NCBI RefSeq assembly: GCF_006345805.1
Contig: NW_021828916.1
Span: 1-7,308 of the forward strand
Source of the DNA: Octopus sinensis
Lineage: Eukaryota
Length of the DNA: 7,308 bases
Direction of reading: 5' to 3'
The position numbers and the translations under genes are program-made. Of the stretch, positions 6,993 through 7,308 are shown one piece after another (position 1 is the stretch's first letter; each line of letters starts with the position of its first letter). The notes under the pieces were generated by a model, which worked only from the letters and a program-made list of their open reading frames with translations, was not told where the DNA came from and ran no database searches.

Positions 6993-7004
6993 ATATATAT
7001 ATAT
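6957..7004. repeat. (TA)n microsatellite
   Basis: Continuous TA run. Confidence 0.95.
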
Positions 7005-7115
7005 TTATACATAATGCATGCATTCATACATATACGTGTATATAACCCACATACGCATATATACTATCTAAAACAAAGAAAACCCGATCATGTCCAAAGG
7101 GTAGTACTGGATAGG

Positions 7116-7223
7116 GTGAGTACTTTACATAGTTTTCGGGTGTAATTAAATGTAAATTATAATGTCTATTTGTTAAAGTTAACAGCAGAAAATTTGCATG
7201 TGTATGTTTGTCTCTTCTTGCAG
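7116..7223 (+). other. Candidate 108-bp spliceosomal intron
   Basis: Consensus donor AGG|GTGAGT at 7116 and polypyrimidine acceptor TTTGTCTCTTCTTGCAG ending at 7223, with an AT-rich interior. No transcript evidence and no recognisable protein. Confidence 0.35.
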
Positions 7224-7308
7224 GAATGCAAGCGTGCCCTTCGCATGCGAAAATCAAACGCACCTACATCTTAAACTGTCATGTCTTTTATTAATATTTA
7301 AAGGGAAG

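Noticed and set aside
6832-7263. ORFs 6832-7014 (+) and 7024-7263 (-)
   Set aside because: Short, partly microsatellite-derived and with no recognisable domains.

Overview
AT-rich eukaryotic, repeat-dense DNA with no intact protein-coding gene. It is probably from an invertebrate: the (CAT)n-tailed repeat at ~5412-5662 resembles a very abundant octopus repeat, recalled from memory and not checked by search. The main feature is a head-to-tail array of ~5.5 near-identical ~535-bp units (964-3891). Each unit carries a complete type I hammerhead ribozyme fold on the + strand: stem I TTTTGG/CCAAAA, core CCGATGA, long stem II closed by GCTA/TAGC, GAAA, palindromic stem III ACAATTGT and a GTC cleavage triplet. 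The array is preceded by a 174-bp inverted partial copy and embedded in (TA)n microsatellite. This is the architecture of a non-autonomous retrozyme or Penelope-like-element-derived repeat, here with a non-canonical U4C core, a 51-nt stem II and a large monomer. Downstream are a 5'-truncated, disrupted CR1-like LINE RT fragment on the - strand (~3947-5411), a truncated SINE/LINE-like 3' end, a 5-copy 156-bp G-rich minisatellite, a perfect 63-bp direct repeat, further microsatellites and a possible short spliceosomal intron near the end.
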